Source: Elusimicrobiota bacterium (GTDB taxonomy: Bacteria > Elusimicrobiota > Elusimicrobia > UBA1565). Taken from it: a stretch of DNA of 64,000 nucleotides. The notes below the pieces were generated by a model. It worked only from the letters and a program-made list of their open reading frames with translations, ran no database searches and was not told where the DNA came from. Position numbers and translations under genes: made by a program. How positions within the stretch are numbered: the stretch's first letter is position 1; each line of letters opens with the position of its first letter. Location: positions 79,691 through 143,690 of the forward strand of contig JBDRPD010000054.1 of assembly GCA_043827405.1 (NCBI GenBank), given 5' to 3'. Positions 27,834-38,153 of this stretch are shown here, piece by piece.

Positions 27834-28164
27834 CGCCAGAGGGGATTAAAGAGGGATTAAAGTCTCCTATGGCCGCCACGGAGCCGACATATGCATCCTC
27901 CCATTCGGCGAAACAGCCGAGGCAGGCCCTTCGCTTCGCCTGCGGCGGGCGGCTTTCGCCCCGTCCGGCTGCGCCGGCCGGCGCGAAAGCTCCTTAACGA
28001 CCGCTCCAATCATGGCGCCGTGTCCGGACGTGGGATCACCGGGACTTTTTACGAGGGAACCAAAGTTACCTGCCCATCCGCGTCAACATTTCGTAAAATT
28101 GCCCATTAAGGGGCCTCGCCCCAATTTTCCTCATTGACCCCAGCGATGATGCAGGAGCCGTGAA

Positions 28165-30831
28165 ATGAAGGCCAAGCGAAAAATAAAATCCCGCAAACGG
28201 AAGCCTCCGGAAACGGCGCGCGCGGAAAGCGATGCGATGCTGCGCGCCACCGTCGAAGGCCTGCCCTGCTGCTTTTTTACCCTGGACGACAAGGGCCGCT
28301 ATACCATGCAGAATTCGCTCTGCCGGAATCATTGGGGAGATATTACCGGCAAGCGTCCAGGAGATATCGCGCCCAATGCCGAGGCCGCCGCGTTGTGGAA
28401 GGTCAATAATCGCCGGGTGCTGCGTACCGGCGCGGTGGTCGAGAGCGAGATGCGGTTTCCCGAAAATGGGCGGATGAATTACCACCGCAATATCATTTCG
28501 CCGATCCGCATCGGCGGCAAGATCAAGGGAATCGTCGGCCTGGATTTTGATATTACCTCGCGCAAGCGGGCGGAAATGGACCTGCGGCTGCACAGCGAGA
28601 TCATGCGCCATGTCGCCGAGGGCATTTGCATGGTGCGGTTGGATAAAGAGCAGATCGTCTATGCCAACCCAAAGATGGAACGGATGTTCGGCTACGATCC
28701 AGAAGAGCTGCTGGGCAAGCATGTTTCCACCCTGGGCGTGTTGGACGCCGTTTATGTCAAGCAGCTGTTAAAGACGATTACCCAGGGGCTGGATGATGAG
28801 GGCCGTTGGCAGGGCGAGGTCCACTGCAAGCGCCGGGAGGGCGCGACCTTCTGGTGCAATCTGAGTATCAGCACCTATGAACACCCCGAATTCGGGATGG
28901 TTTCGGTCGGGGTGTATCATGATATCACCCGGCGCAAGCTGGCGGAAGATACGCTTAAGTCGAATACGGAGATGATGCAGCGTGTTGTCAATTCCTCGGT
29001 GCTGCAGATGTTCCTTTATCAGAAGGAAGGAAGCGACTTCATCCTGCGGGAAGTTAATAAAGCGGTCCGTGATCTCGGCGGGGGCGAGGGGGCGTCGCTG
29101 CTGGGGCGCCGCCTGTCCGAGATCGCGATCAATGAGCCAAAAATTCAAAAGGCGATCAGAACCTGCTATCGAGAGCAAAGCGTCAATATGCGGGTTGAGG
29201 CCGAGCATAAGCAGCATTCGACCGGAGTGCTTCGGCAGTACTCCGCGGTCTGCACCTTCGTACCCCCGGATAAGGTATTTGTGAGCGCGGAGGATATTAC
29301 CGAGCGCGAGCTGGCCAAGCGGGATGCCGTCGTCGCCGAGCGCTGCTATACCGAGCTTTTTGAGCAGGCCGGCGATTTTATCCTGGTGCTGGAGCCGGTT
29401 GGGGAGGGCCCGCCGATCATTATCGACGCCAACGAAGCGGCCTTCAGGCAGCATGGCTATACGCGCAAGGAGATGATCGGCCGGCCGGTCTCCATGCTCG
29501 AGACCGCGGAGTCGGCGATGAATGACCCGCAAAGGCTGGCGCAGCTGGCGGCGGAGGGGTTCGCCTGCTTCGAGGTTGAGCATCGACGCAAGAACGGCTC
29601 GCTCTTCTGGGCCGAGGTCTCGGCCAAGATGGCGGAGGCCGGCGGCCGCCGGGTCATTATGTGCATCGAACGCGACGTTACCGAGCGGAAACGCGCACAG
29701 GCGGCGCTTATTAAAGGGCAAAAGATGGAATCCTTGGGCCAGTTGGCCGGCGGGCTCGCCCACGATTTCAATAACTTGTTGACCGCTGTTATCGGCAATA
29801 TTTCCATCGCTAGAAAAAAGACGGATTCCAGCGATGTCCGCGAGCTGATCGATGAGACTCTGGATGCTACCCGGGCCGCCCAGAGTTTGGCGCAGCAGCT
29901 GCTGACCTTCGCCCGGGGAGGGAAGCCGGTTGCCGCAGTCGTCGATATGCGAGCGCTGTTAAAGGATGCGGTTGTCTTCGCGGCGCGCGGTTCAAAAGTC
30001 AAATGCGTTTTTTCCCTGAACCGGGCCCTGCATCCCGTGAAGGCGGATGCGGCGCAGTTAACGCAGGTGCTGCAGAATATTGTCATCAACGCGGTGCAGG
30101 CCATGCCCCAGGGCGGCAAACTCCGGGTACGAGCGGTCAATACTGAGCTGGCTCCCGCTAATGCTTTGGCGCTGCCGGCCGGGTCCTATGCAAGTGTCGA
30201 GATCGGCGATGAAGGCCGCGGCATCGCGGCGGAGCATCTGGAAAAAGTATTCGAACCTTACTTCAGCACCAAGGAATCAGGCCGCGGCTTCGGGCTGGCT
30301 ATCAGCCATTCGATTATCACCAAACATGGCGGGCATATCGCGGTGCAATCCACGCCGGGAGCGGGGGCTGTTTTCACTATCCATCTCCCCGCGCTGCCGG
30401 GAGTGCGGCCATCGGCCGTTGAGAAAACGGGCAGGCTCAAGGCCGGACGCGGCAAGCTGCTCATTATGGACGATGAGCCCCAGGTCGCCAAGGTGCTCTC
30501 GCGCATCGTCAAGGAGCTGGGCTATACGGCGTACACCGCGGCCGACGGGAGCAAGGCGCTCAGCGCCTGGCGCAAAGCCAAAAAGGCGGGCCAACCCTTT
30601 CGTGCCGCCATTATGGACCTGACCATCCCGGGCGGTATGGGCGGCGAGGAAGCGATCAAGAAGCTGCGCCGTACGGACCGGGCGGCGGTGGTGATCGTTT
30701 CCAGCGGCTATGCCAATGCGCCCATCCTGGCGAACTACGGAGATTACGGCTTCGCTGACGTTCTGGTCAAGCCTTACCGGATCGGCGACGTGTCCAAGGT
30801 GTTGAGCCGGGCCTTGAGCCGCCGGCAGTAA
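28165..30831 (+). CDS. Cytoplasmic hybrid sensor histidine kinase (about four PAS domains, HisKA, HATPase, receiver)
   Basis: PAC ends DITSRKRAE, DITRRKLAE, DITERE, DVTERKRAQ; GLAHDFNNLL; NAVQAM, DEGRGI, FEPYFSTK, GRGFGL; MDDE..MDLTIP..KP. Confidence 0.93.
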   Translation: MKAKRKIKSRKRKPPETARAESDAMLRATVEGLPCCFFTLDDKGRYTMQNSLCRNHWGDITGKRPGDIAPNAEAAALWKVNNRRVLRTGAVVESEMRFPENGRMNYHRNIISPIRIGGKIKGIVGLDFDITSRKRAEMDLRLHSEIMRHVAEGICMVRLDKEQIVYANPKMERMFGYDPEELLGKHVSTLGVLDAVYVKQLLKTITQGLDDEGRWQGEVHCKRREGATFWCNLSISTYEHPEFGMVSVGVYHDITRRKLAEDTLKSNTEMMQRVVNSSVLQMFLYQKEGSDFILREVNKAVRDLGGGEGASLLGRRLSEIAINEPKIQKAIRTCYREQSVNMRVEAEHKQHSTGVLRQYSAVCTFVPPDKVFVSAEDITERELAKRDAVVAERCYTELFEQAGDFILVLEPVGEGPPIIIDANEAAFRQHGYTRKEMIGRPVSMLETAESAMNDPQRLAQLAAEGFACFEVEHRRKNGSLFWAEVSAKMAEAGGRRVIMCIERDVTERKRAQAALIKGQKMESLGQLAGGLAHDFNNLLTAVIGNISIARKKTDSSDVRELIDETLDATRAAQSLAQQLLTFARGGKPVAAVVDMRALLKDAVVFAARGSKVKCVFSLNRALHPVKADAAQLTQVLQNIVINAVQAMPQGGKLRVRAVNTELAPANALALPAGSYASVEIGDEGRGIAAEHLEKVFEPYFSTKESGRGFGLAISHSIITKHGGHIAVQSTPGAGAVFTIHLPALPGVRPSAVEKTGRLKAGRGKLLIMDDEPQVAKVLSRIVKELGYTAYTAADGSKALSAWRKAKKAGQPFRAAIMDLTIPGGMGGEEAIKKLRRTDRAAVVIVSSGYANAPILANYGDYGFADVLVKPYRIGDVSKVLSRALSRRQ

Positions 30832-30865
30832 CGGCGGCGCGGTCCAACGCACTCACCGGCGCCCG

Positions 30866-31513
30866 ATGAACGAAAAATCCCAATTCTGGAAAGAGCGGGC
30901 CATCTGGCTCGCCCGGTTTACCATCGTCTACAACCTGCTGGAGGGATTCGTCTCCATCGGCTTCGGGGTCAAAGACGAAGCGCTAAGCCTGGCGGGTTTC
31001 GGCGCCGACAGTTTCATTGAGGTGGCTTCGGCTTTTGTCGTTCTGTGGCGCCTGCGCCGGGAGACCGGGGCGGATTCGCCGCTGTCGCTGGACGCGGAGC
31101 GCCGGGCCACGCATATTATCGGCTGGCTTTTTCTCGCGCTCGCGGCCGTCGCAGCGTCCGCTGCCGTTATGAGGCTGGTGATGCGCGGCGCTCCGGATAC
31201 AACGGTCCCAGGTCTAGTGATCTCGGTGCTTAGCCTTTCCTTCATGTTCTATCTATGGTCGGCGAAGCTCAGGGCGGGGCGGGCGCTCGACAGCGCGACC
31301 ATAATGAAGGACGCGGCTTGCTCGCTGGCTTGCATTCAGCTGTCCTTCGTATTGTTCGCCGGCAGCCTGCTCTATATCGCTCTGCCCGCTCTGTGGTGGG
31401 CCGACGCGGCGGCGGCAATTCTGATCGCAGGCTTCATCGCCCGGGAGGGGGTCGGGACGGTGCGTGCCGCGCGCCGCCCGGATTTTAAGGGAGGATGCGG
31501 CTGCTGCTCCTAA
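30866..31513 (+). CDS. Cation efflux (CDF-like) transmembrane protein
   Basis: YNLLEG, SLAGFGADSFIE, VVLWRL, WWADAAAA; C-terminal GGCGCCS. Confidence 0.8.
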   Translation: MNEKSQFWKERAIWLARFTIVYNLLEGFVSIGFGVKDEALSLAGFGADSFIEVASAFVVLWRLRRETGADSPLSLDAERRATHIIGWLFLALAAVAASAAVMRLVMRGAPDTTVPGLVISVLSLSFMFYLWSAKLRAGRALDSATIMKDAACSLACIQLSFVLFAGSLLYIALPALWWADAAAAILIAGFIAREGVGTVRAARRPDFKGGCGCCS

Positions 31514-31515
31514 AC

Positions 31516-32634
31516 ATGCACTTTTTCCTCGTCGCCGTTATCGCAATCTATTTGGGAATGCAGTACTACCTGGCGTGGTGGGTGGTGCGCAGTTTCCCCG
31601 GCCTGCCGCTGTCCCCGTACGCGATCCGCTTGATTATCCTGTCGATCGCGCTGAGCTTCCCGCTGTCTTTTTATCTGCTCCGGCGTTTTCCCAGCCCACT
31701 TACCGAAGTCTTCGGCGTCGTCAGCCTCGTCTGGTTCGGCATGTCTTTTCTTTGTCTGGCGACGGCGGTCGCCAGCGACGTTATGCTGCTGGCCGCCCGT
31801 TGGGCCGGCGCGCCGCCGCAATGGCGTCAGATATACGCTTGGGGGACGCTCGCGCTGATGGCGTCATTAAGCCTGTTTTCTTTTTGGAACGCGCTGCGGC
31901 CGCCGCTGGTCAAGACCGTGGAGGTCCCGCTGCATAATCTCCCCGCCGCGCTCGACGGATTTTCCATCGCTCTCGCGTCCGATATCCACCTCGGAATCAC
32001 CCTGCCGTTTAGGCACCTCGAGCGGTCGGTTGAGCGTATCAATGCCATGGACGCCGATCTCGTCGTCTTCGCCGGGGATATCATGGACCGCGGCTTCCGT
32101 CATCAGGAGCGCTCGATCACGCTGGCCTCCTCCATTCGCGCCAAGCACGGCAAGTATGCGGTTCTCGGCAACCATGAGTTATATCATGGTGTCGCCGAAT
32201 CCGTGGCCTGGCATGAGCGGGCGGGTTTTGATCTGCTGCGCGGCCGGACGGTCGTGCTGCCCAATGGCCTGCAGGTCGCCGGGGTCGACGATGTGCGGAC
32301 CGCCCGGGTTACCAAGGAAGATATGGCCAGGCTCTTTTCCGGGCTCGACGCCGGCAAGCCGTCCGTGTTTATCTCCCACCAGCCTCAGGTTTTCGACCTC
32401 GCCGCGGCGCATGGCGTGGGGCTGACCCTGTCCGGCCATACCCATGGCGGACAGATATTCCCGTTTCACCTCCTGGTCAAGCTGGCCAACCGCTACCTTT
32501 ACGGGCTCTACGAGAAGAACGGTTCCTACCTCTACGTCACGCAAGGGACGGGCTATTGGGGCCCGCCCATGCGCCTGCTGACACGGTCCGAAATCACGCG
32601 GATAGTCCTCAAGGCGCCGGTCGCGGCGAAGTAG
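31516..32634 (+). CDS. Membrane-anchored metallophosphoesterase (YkuE-like)
   Basis: N-terminal TM segments; SDIH, GDIMD, GNHE, SHQP, SGHTHGGQ, GYWGPPMR. Confidence 0.9.
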   Translation: MHFFLVAVIAIYLGMQYYLAWWVVRSFPGLPLSPYAIRLIILSIALSFPLSFYLLRRFPSPLTEVFGVVSLVWFGMSFLCLATAVASDVMLLAARWAGAPPQWRQIYAWGTLALMASLSLFSFWNALRPPLVKTVEVPLHNLPAALDGFSIALASDIHLGITLPFRHLERSVERINAMDADLVVFAGDIMDRGFRHQERSITLASSIRAKHGKYAVLGNHELYHGVAESVAWHERAGFDLLRGRTVVLPNGLQVAGVDDVRTARVTKEDMARLFSGLDAGKPSVFISHQPQVFDLAAAHGVGLTLSGHTHGGQIFPFHLLVKLANRYLYGLYEKNGSYLYVTQGTGYWGPPMRLLTRSEITRIVLKAPVAAK

Positions 32635-32654
32635 AACGGCGCGGCGCTGTTCGG

Positions 32655-33860
32655 CTAAGCGACCGCGGCGGGTTCTCTTTCCACGGGCACGGCGCTGCGC
32701 AGGTCGCAGACCGGCAGGCGGAGCGCGTAGCGCGGAGCGGCCGCGCCGGGCGCGGTCCGCTCGTCGAAGCGCCCATTATGGCTGTCGAGAATCCACTCGA
32801 CGCCTTCAGCACCGCTGTCCGTGGCGGCTTCTTTCTGGGGCGGCGGCGCATCCTCCATTTCCATCGGCGTGCCCGTGATTTCGATCCGCAGCCAGGCTTT
32901 CAGGTCCTTGCCGAGCTCCCACCATTGGGCGGCCCGCACCTCCGAGGTCATGGCGATCTTGCCGCCGGCGGGCATCGCGCCCATAATCTCCTTGAAGACG
33001 CTGTAGAAGAACGTGGCCAGGTGTTCCTTGCTGGCCGCGATGTGGACCCGCGGAACGTCGGTGATATCGATCTCGTAGTTCTTCTCGTGTACCGCGGGCC
33101 CCAGCTTGTAGATCGTCCGCTCCAGCGCCTCCTCGATATCCATGGGGGCGAGCACTACGCTCACTTGTCCGAATACGTCGCCCATGCGTTTGAACTGGCC
33201 GCGGATGCCGTCGATTTCCCAGAGGATGTCGTCTTTGCTCTTGCCGGTCAGGCCTTGGGTGGCGGTCGAGATGCGGTCCATGGGTTTCAGGACGGTGCCC
33301 TGGACCTCGTTGAACAGGCGGCGGCTCGCCGCCAGGTGTTCGCGCCACAGGACCTGCTTCCTCTCCGCTTCCGCCAGGGCGCGGCGTTTTTCGTGGATGA
33401 GGCTCGAAAGGAAGGTGCTGAAGAAGGAGGCGACGATCAGCATGGCGAACGGCAGCAGGTGCTCAGGCTTGGAGAAGGCCTCCGGGGCAAAAGCCGCGGT
33501 TATGCCGTAGAAGGAGCAGGCGATACCGGCGACAATGAAGCCGCACAGCAGGTTCTCCATCAAGAGCGCCCCGATGATCGCCACAAAGTAGGCGATGTAG
33601 AGGTTGACGTCGAGGCCGCTGGTGGCATAAATCACCAGCGTGATCACGCCGATATCGAGGAGCGAGGCGTAGAGGCTCCAGTCGGGCGGGATCTTCTGCC
33701 GCCGCATGCTCCAGACCAGGCCGAAATGGAGCAGCGCATAAATAAACAGCAGAGCGACGGATAGCCCTTGGGGCAGCCGCGGTTCGGGGCTGTAAAGCAC
33801 CGCGAGCAGAAGAGTTAGAAACAGTACGGCGCGCAGGTAGAAGAGTTGTCTTAGTGCCAT
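32655..33860 (-). CDS. Membrane sensor with degenerate (probably inactive) histidine-kinase domain
   Basis: TM sensor resembling PilS-type kinases, then HK-like spacing but no H-box His (FNEVQGTVLKPM), no N-box Asn, eroded G1 (EITGTPM), ILDSHNGR. Confidence 0.6.
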   Translation of the reverse strand: MALRQLFYLRAVLFLTLLLAVLYSPEPRLPQGLSVALLFIYALLHFGLVWSMRRQKIPPDWSLYASLLDIGVITLVIYATSGLDVNLYIAYFVAIIGALLMENLLCGFIVAGIACSFYGITAAFAPEAFSKPEHLLPFAMLIVASFFSTFLSSLIHEKRRALAEAERKQVLWREHLAASRRLFNEVQGTVLKPMDRISTATQGLTGKSKDDILWEIDGIRGQFKRMGDVFGQVSVVLAPMDIEEALERTIYKLGPAVHEKNYEIDITDVPRVHIAASKEHLATFFYSVFKEIMGAMPAGGKIAMTSEVRAAQWWELGKDLKAWLRIEITGTPMEMEDAPPPQKEAATDSGAEGVEWILDSHNGRFDERTAPGAAAPRYALRLPVCDLRSAVPVEREPAAVA

Positions 33861-33964
33861 GGTAGCCGCATTATATCATCCCCGGCGGTCTAGACAATAA
33901 AGCAGGGATGAAATTGCCTTGACGCTCATCCGAGCGGTTGATACTCTAGAGGCCGGAGGGAGCC

Positions 33965-36094
33965 ATGGATTGTCCTAAATGCGCGCAGCCGACTCTTAAG
34001 GAATCGCTCGGCCCCAGGGGCGTCGCGGTCGACTTGTGCAAGCGATGCTACGGGATATGGTTCGACAAAGGGGAGATCTATTCCTATGTCCGGGACCAGG
34101 AGCGGGTCTACGATTTTCTGCGCGAGGCCTACCAGGAGACCAAGGACTCCCAGCGCAAATGCCCCCGCTGCACCACCGCCATGCGCGAGGTCGAGCTTAA
34201 GGACGCGGGGATCGTCATTGAGGCCTGCTCGACCTGCGGCGGCAACTGGTTCGACGAGGGCGAAATCGTCCAGCTTAACCGCACTCTCGGTACCGGCATC
34301 AACCCGCAGGAGCCGGACTACATCCAGGCGGTCGAAAGCTCCTGGCAGGCGGCGGCGCGCGGGGAGAAGCCGCGTCCGCAGATGGAGAGCGCTGCGGGGA
34401 CGCTGACATTTGCCGCTGCGGGCGACGCGTCCTGGAAGGCCATGGCCGGCGCTCCCCTGGCCGCCCTGCCCGACCTGGCGCTGCGCTCCTGGGGGACGCT
34501 GGCGGCTCTCTACGGCGTCCTCACGGCCTTCATGTTCGTCATCGTCTTCTACCTTAAGGTGGATATGGACTACGCCTTCGCCTTCGGCGCGCTCGGCATC
34601 GTCCTGCAGTTTTTGCTCGCGCCGTACCTGACGGACCTCTCGCTGAGCTGGCTCTACAAGATGCGGTGGCATCAGCCCGCGGAGCTGCCGCCTTTTTTGC
34701 GCGAATTCATCGCCGAAGCCTTCGCCAAGGAGAAGGTCGCCTTCCCGCGCGTCGGCATCATCGAGGACGGCAGCCCCAACGCCTTCACCTACGGCCACTA
34801 TCCGGGCGACGCGCGCTTGGTCTTCACCCGCGGTCTGCTCGACATCCTCGATGAGGACGAGGCGAAGGCGGTGGCGGCGCATGAGATCGGCCACGTCATG
34901 CACTGGGATATGGCGGTCATGACCATGGCGGCGCTGGTGCCCTTCATCCTCTACTATCTGTACCGGCTGTTCCGGGACCTCTCGAACAGCAGGAGCCGCT
35001 CCTCGTCGTCGAAGAAAGGCAACCCCTTCCCGCTGCTGATGATCATCGCCTACGTCCTCTACCTGATCACCCAATACCTGGTGCTGTTTTTATCGCGCGT
35101 GCGCGAGTACTACGCCGACCGCTATGCCGGAGAGATTACGCAGATGCCCAACAAGATGGCCACGGCTTTGGTCAAAATCGCCTACGGTCTGGCCGGACGG
35201 CGCAAGAGCAAGCAGGAGAAGGAAGAGGGGGCGCCGCCCGCCGTCAAATCCCTGGGCATCTTCGACGCCGCTTCGGCCAAAGCCATGGTCGCGGCGTCGC
35301 TGGGAGCCGAAAAGAACGTGTCGACCGAGAACCTTCTCGGCGCCATGCAGTGGGACCTGTGGAATCCCTGGGCCATGTACTACGAGTTCAGCTCGACGCA
35401 TCCCCTGACCGCCAAGCGCATCCAGCGCCTGGGCGAGCAGGCGGCCAGCTGCGGCCAGCGGCCGCTGGTGCTCTTCAACCTGGAGCAGCCCGAGAGCTAC
35501 TGGGACGATTTCTTTGTCGATCTGTTCTACGCCTGGCTGCCGCTGATCTTCGTCGCCGCCGTGGGGTGCTTTCATTTCCTTTCGGGACGCGAGATGCCGA
35601 CTCAGCCGGCCTGGCTCGTTTACGTGGCGGCGCTGTGCATGGGCTATATCGGCAAGACGATGTTTTCCTGCCGGACCGGCTTCTTCCCGGAGATGAGCGT
35701 GAGCGCGCTGCTCAAGCGGGTCAAGGTATCCAAGGTGCGCGGGGTGCCGGCCACTATTGAGGGTACGGTCATCGGCCGCGGCGTTCCCGGCTATATCTTC
35801 TCTGAAGACCTGGTGCTGCAGGACCAGACCGGCTTCATCTTCATCGACTACGAGCAGCCCTTGGCCGTCTTTGAATTGCTTTTCGCGATCACCAAGGGCC
35901 CGCGGCTCATCGACCAGAAAGTGATGGTGGAGGGCTGGTACCGACGCGGACCGGTGCCTTTTTTCGAGGTTCGTCGCATCCATCACCGCGAGGGTGTCAG
36001 CACCTGCTGGACGCTGGAGGCAAAGTACGTCCTGGCGGGGCTGTTTCTGGCGCTGTCGCTTTTGTGCGGGCTCGGGATTCTCGGCACCTTCTAA
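33965..36094 (+). CDS. M48 (HtpX-like) membrane zinc protease with two N-terminal zf-TFIIB-type zinc ribbons and C-terminal extension
   Basis: CPKC..C..C.GIWFDKGE twice; PNAFTYG, AAHEIGHVMHWD, SRVREYYAD, STHPL. Confidence 0.88.
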   Translation: MDCPKCAQPTLKESLGPRGVAVDLCKRCYGIWFDKGEIYSYVRDQERVYDFLREAYQETKDSQRKCPRCTTAMREVELKDAGIVIEACSTCGGNWFDEGEIVQLNRTLGTGINPQEPDYIQAVESSWQAAARGEKPRPQMESAAGTLTFAAAGDASWKAMAGAPLAALPDLALRSWGTLAALYGVLTAFMFVIVFYLKVDMDYAFAFGALGIVLQFLLAPYLTDLSLSWLYKMRWHQPAELPPFLREFIAEAFAKEKVAFPRVGIIEDGSPNAFTYGHYPGDARLVFTRGLLDILDEDEAKAVAAHEIGHVMHWDMAVMTMAALVPFILYYLYRLFRDLSNSRSRSSSSKKGNPFPLLMIIAYVLYLITQYLVLFLSRVREYYADRYAGEITQMPNKMATALVKIAYGLAGRRKSKQEKEEGAPPAVKSLGIFDAASAKAMVAASLGAEKNVSTENLLGAMQWDLWNPWAMYYEFSSTHPLTAKRIQRLGEQAASCGQRPLVLFNLEQPESYWDDFFVDLFYAWLPLIFVAAVGCFHFLSGREMPTQPAWLVYVAALCMGYIGKTMFSCRTGFFPEMSVSALLKRVKVSKVRGVPATIEGTVIGRGVPGYIFSEDLVLQDQTGFIFIDYEQPLAVFELLFAITKGPRLIDQKVMVEGWYRRGPVPFFEVRRIHHREGVSTCWTLEAKYVLAGLFLALSLLCGLGILGTF

Positions 36095-36122
36095 GCGGCG
36101 TATTCCGTGCTACAATGGCGGG

Positions 36123-37184
36123 GTGAAGTTTCCAGGGCTTGCGGCCGCCTGCCTGCTCGTTTTTGCCGTTCCGGCGCTTGCTGACGCTCCGAACGAGTCT
36201 CTGAGCTCTCAGGCGCAGCGGGCGTTCCATGAAGCGGCGGCGTCGTCTCCCGGCGCTTACCGTCCCCGGTCTCAGCCCTTTAAGCCCTTCTCCTTCGCCG
36301 TGATCGCCGACTTTCAGACCGGTGAAGGGCATGACGATTTCGGCACCCCCGGCTATGACGACCGCTTCGAATCTCTGCCGCCGGAAGACGAGCGTATAAA
36401 GAAGATTCAGCTGGCGATCGACAAGGTCAACCGCCTGGCCGGCGCGCAGGATATCCGTTTTGTATTTATCGCCGGAGATCTCACCAACAGCGCCGAGCGC
36501 TCGGAGTTCCAGGCCGCCAAGTCCATGCTCGACGGGCTGCAGGTTCCGTATTTCCCGATCATCGGCAACCACGACATGTGGCCCTATGTCTGGAAGGGCG
36601 CCGAGGCGCCGGCGCCGCTGGGCAAGCAGTACTTCGACGAGGTGTTCGGCAGCTACGTGAAAACGCTGCCCGATATCTTTCCCGGCAAGATCCGGTCCGC
36701 GGGCGGCGGCGAGTTCGTCAACTACATCTTCTCCTACCAGGGCATCGGCTTCATCGTCGCCGACTGGAACTCGCGGACGGCCAGCCCGTTCGGCCCGGGC
36801 GCCAGCCCGGGCGCGCGGCTGCACGATTTCGCCGGCGGCACCTACCGTTGGCTGACGGATTTGCTGCGCGGCGGCTGGCAGGACGACAAGTCCCGGGTGT
36901 TCCTGTTCCAGCACCACCCCTTTCGCGCCAAGATGCCGCGTGAAATCGCGGGCTGCTTTACCCGCGGCGATACCGCGCGCATGCGCGACCTGCTGCGGGA
37001 GCGGATCGGAAGCCCGCGGCTGGCCGCGGTGCTCGCCGGCCATCAGCACCGAACCTTCGACGGCCCCGCCTTCGACGGCTGGCCGGAGCTGCGGCAGATC
37101 GAGACCGACTCCGCCAAAGAGGAGTCTTCGGTGACGGTCGTGACCGTGGATTCGCCGGACTCTTTTACCTTCCGCCGCTACTGA
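36123..37184 (+). CDS. Secreted calcineurin-like metallophosphoesterase
   Basis: Signal peptide from GTG 36123; IADFQ, AGDLT, GNHD, QHHP, AGHQH. Confidence 0.85.
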   Translation: MKFPGLAAACLLVFAVPALADAPNESLSSQAQRAFHEAAASSPGAYRPRSQPFKPFSFAVIADFQTGEGHDDFGTPGYDDRFESLPPEDERIKKIQLAIDKVNRLAGAQDIRFVFIAGDLTNSAERSEFQAAKSMLDGLQVPYFPIIGNHDMWPYVWKGAEAPAPLGKQYFDEVFGSYVKTLPDIFPGKIRSAGGGEFVNYIFSYQGIGFIVADWNSRTASPFGPGASPGARLHDFAGGTYRWLTDLLRGGWQDDKSRVFLFQHHPFRAKMPREIAGCFTRGDTARMRDLLRERIGSPRLAAVLAGHQHRTFDGPAFDGWPELRQIETDSAKEESSVTVVTVDSPDSFTFRRY

Positions 37185-37190
37185 GCCCGG

Positions 37191-38153
37191 CTACTCGATC
37201 TCGTCGCCGATCATGTCCTCGAGCACGTCCTCGAGGGTGACCACGCCTACCAGCTCGCCGTCGGAGCTCAGCACCACCCCGATCTGGGTACTGTGGCGCA
37301 GGAACAGCTCCAGGAGCTCGTTGATCGGCATGTCGTCGCGTACGAACCGCACCGGGCGCATGAGCTCGACCATGGTGGTGCTGTGATCCAGCTCCATCAG
37401 GGCTTTGAATATGGTCTGCCGGTAGACCACGCCGATGATGGCGTCCGGGGCGCTGCTCATGCAGATGAGGATGCGCTTGTAGCGCCAGTGCGCCGCCTCC
37501 ACCTTGGTCATGGCCAAGGTCATCTTCTCCGGCAGCCGGCGGATCTTGGAGTAGGGCGTCATGATGTCGCGGGTCTTGATGTCGTTGAGGCGCAGGGCGT
37601 TGCGCAGCCACTTGGCTTCCTGCGGCAGAATCTTGCCGCCCTCCATGCTGAGCAGAGCCGTGCTGACCAGGTCTTCTTCCGTCGGCGACGCGATGCGGCC
37701 GGACTTGCCGAAAAAGCCGCTGACCGCCTCGGCGACGCGGATATACGGCCACAGGCACCAGACCGCGATCTGCAGGGGCATGGCGAGCTTGGGCGCCAGG
37801 GTGTCGGCGAAGCGCACGCCCAGGCTTTTGGGGGTGATCTCGCTGCAGAACAGCACCGCGGCGGTATACCCGAGGGAAAACGGCATGAGCCAGTAGTGGC
37901 CGTACTGGATTTCCACCAAAGCGCCCGCGAGGACGCCGCCCATGGCGTTGAATATGGTATTGAGCGCCAGGATCGCGGCGATGGGCTGGTCGATGTTCTG
38001 GCGCAGATGCGCCAGCGTCTGGCCGCCCGGGCTGCCCAGGCGGCGCAGCGTTTCGATGCGTCCCAGGGGGATGGAGTAGAAGGCGGCTTCGGTCAGCGAG
38101 CACAGGAAGGAGCCGGCGAGGCTGCCCAGGACGATGAGGGTGATCAGGTTCAC
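37191..38153 (-). CDS. CNNM/DUF21 plus CBS-pair membrane protein, copy 1
   Basis: CSLTEAAFYS, PIAAILALNT, SEITPKSLG, DIMTP, GVVTLEDVLEDMIGDEIE. Confidence 0.9.
   Translation of the reverse strand: MNLITLIVLGSLAGSFLCSLTEAAFYSIPLGRIETLRRLGSPGGQTLAHLRQNIDQPIAAILALNTIFNAMGGVLAGALVEIQYGHYWLMPFSLGYTAAVLFCSEITPKSLGVRFADTLAPKLAMPLQIAVWCLWPYIRVAEAVSGFFGKSGRIASPTEEDLVSTALLSMEGGKILPQEAKWLRNALRLNDIKTRDIMTPYSKIRRLPEKMTLAMTKVEAAHWRYKRILICMSSAPDAIIGVVYRQTIFKALMELDHSTTMVELMRPVRFVRDDMPINELLELFLRHSTQIGVVLSSDGELVGVVTLEDVLEDMIGDEIE

Noticed and set aside
27810..27835. Palindrome as a dif/Xer site, since TATGTTA resembles the XerD arm
   Set aside because: Arm spacing is 2 bp shorter than the 11-6-11 dif layout and the site is fully symmetric; an operator is more likely.
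27890..28030. Hairpin-rich intergenic stretch as a riboswitch or ncRNA
   Set aside because: No conserved motif of a known family recognised; GC-rich hairpins are expected by chance. An Rfam search would settle it.
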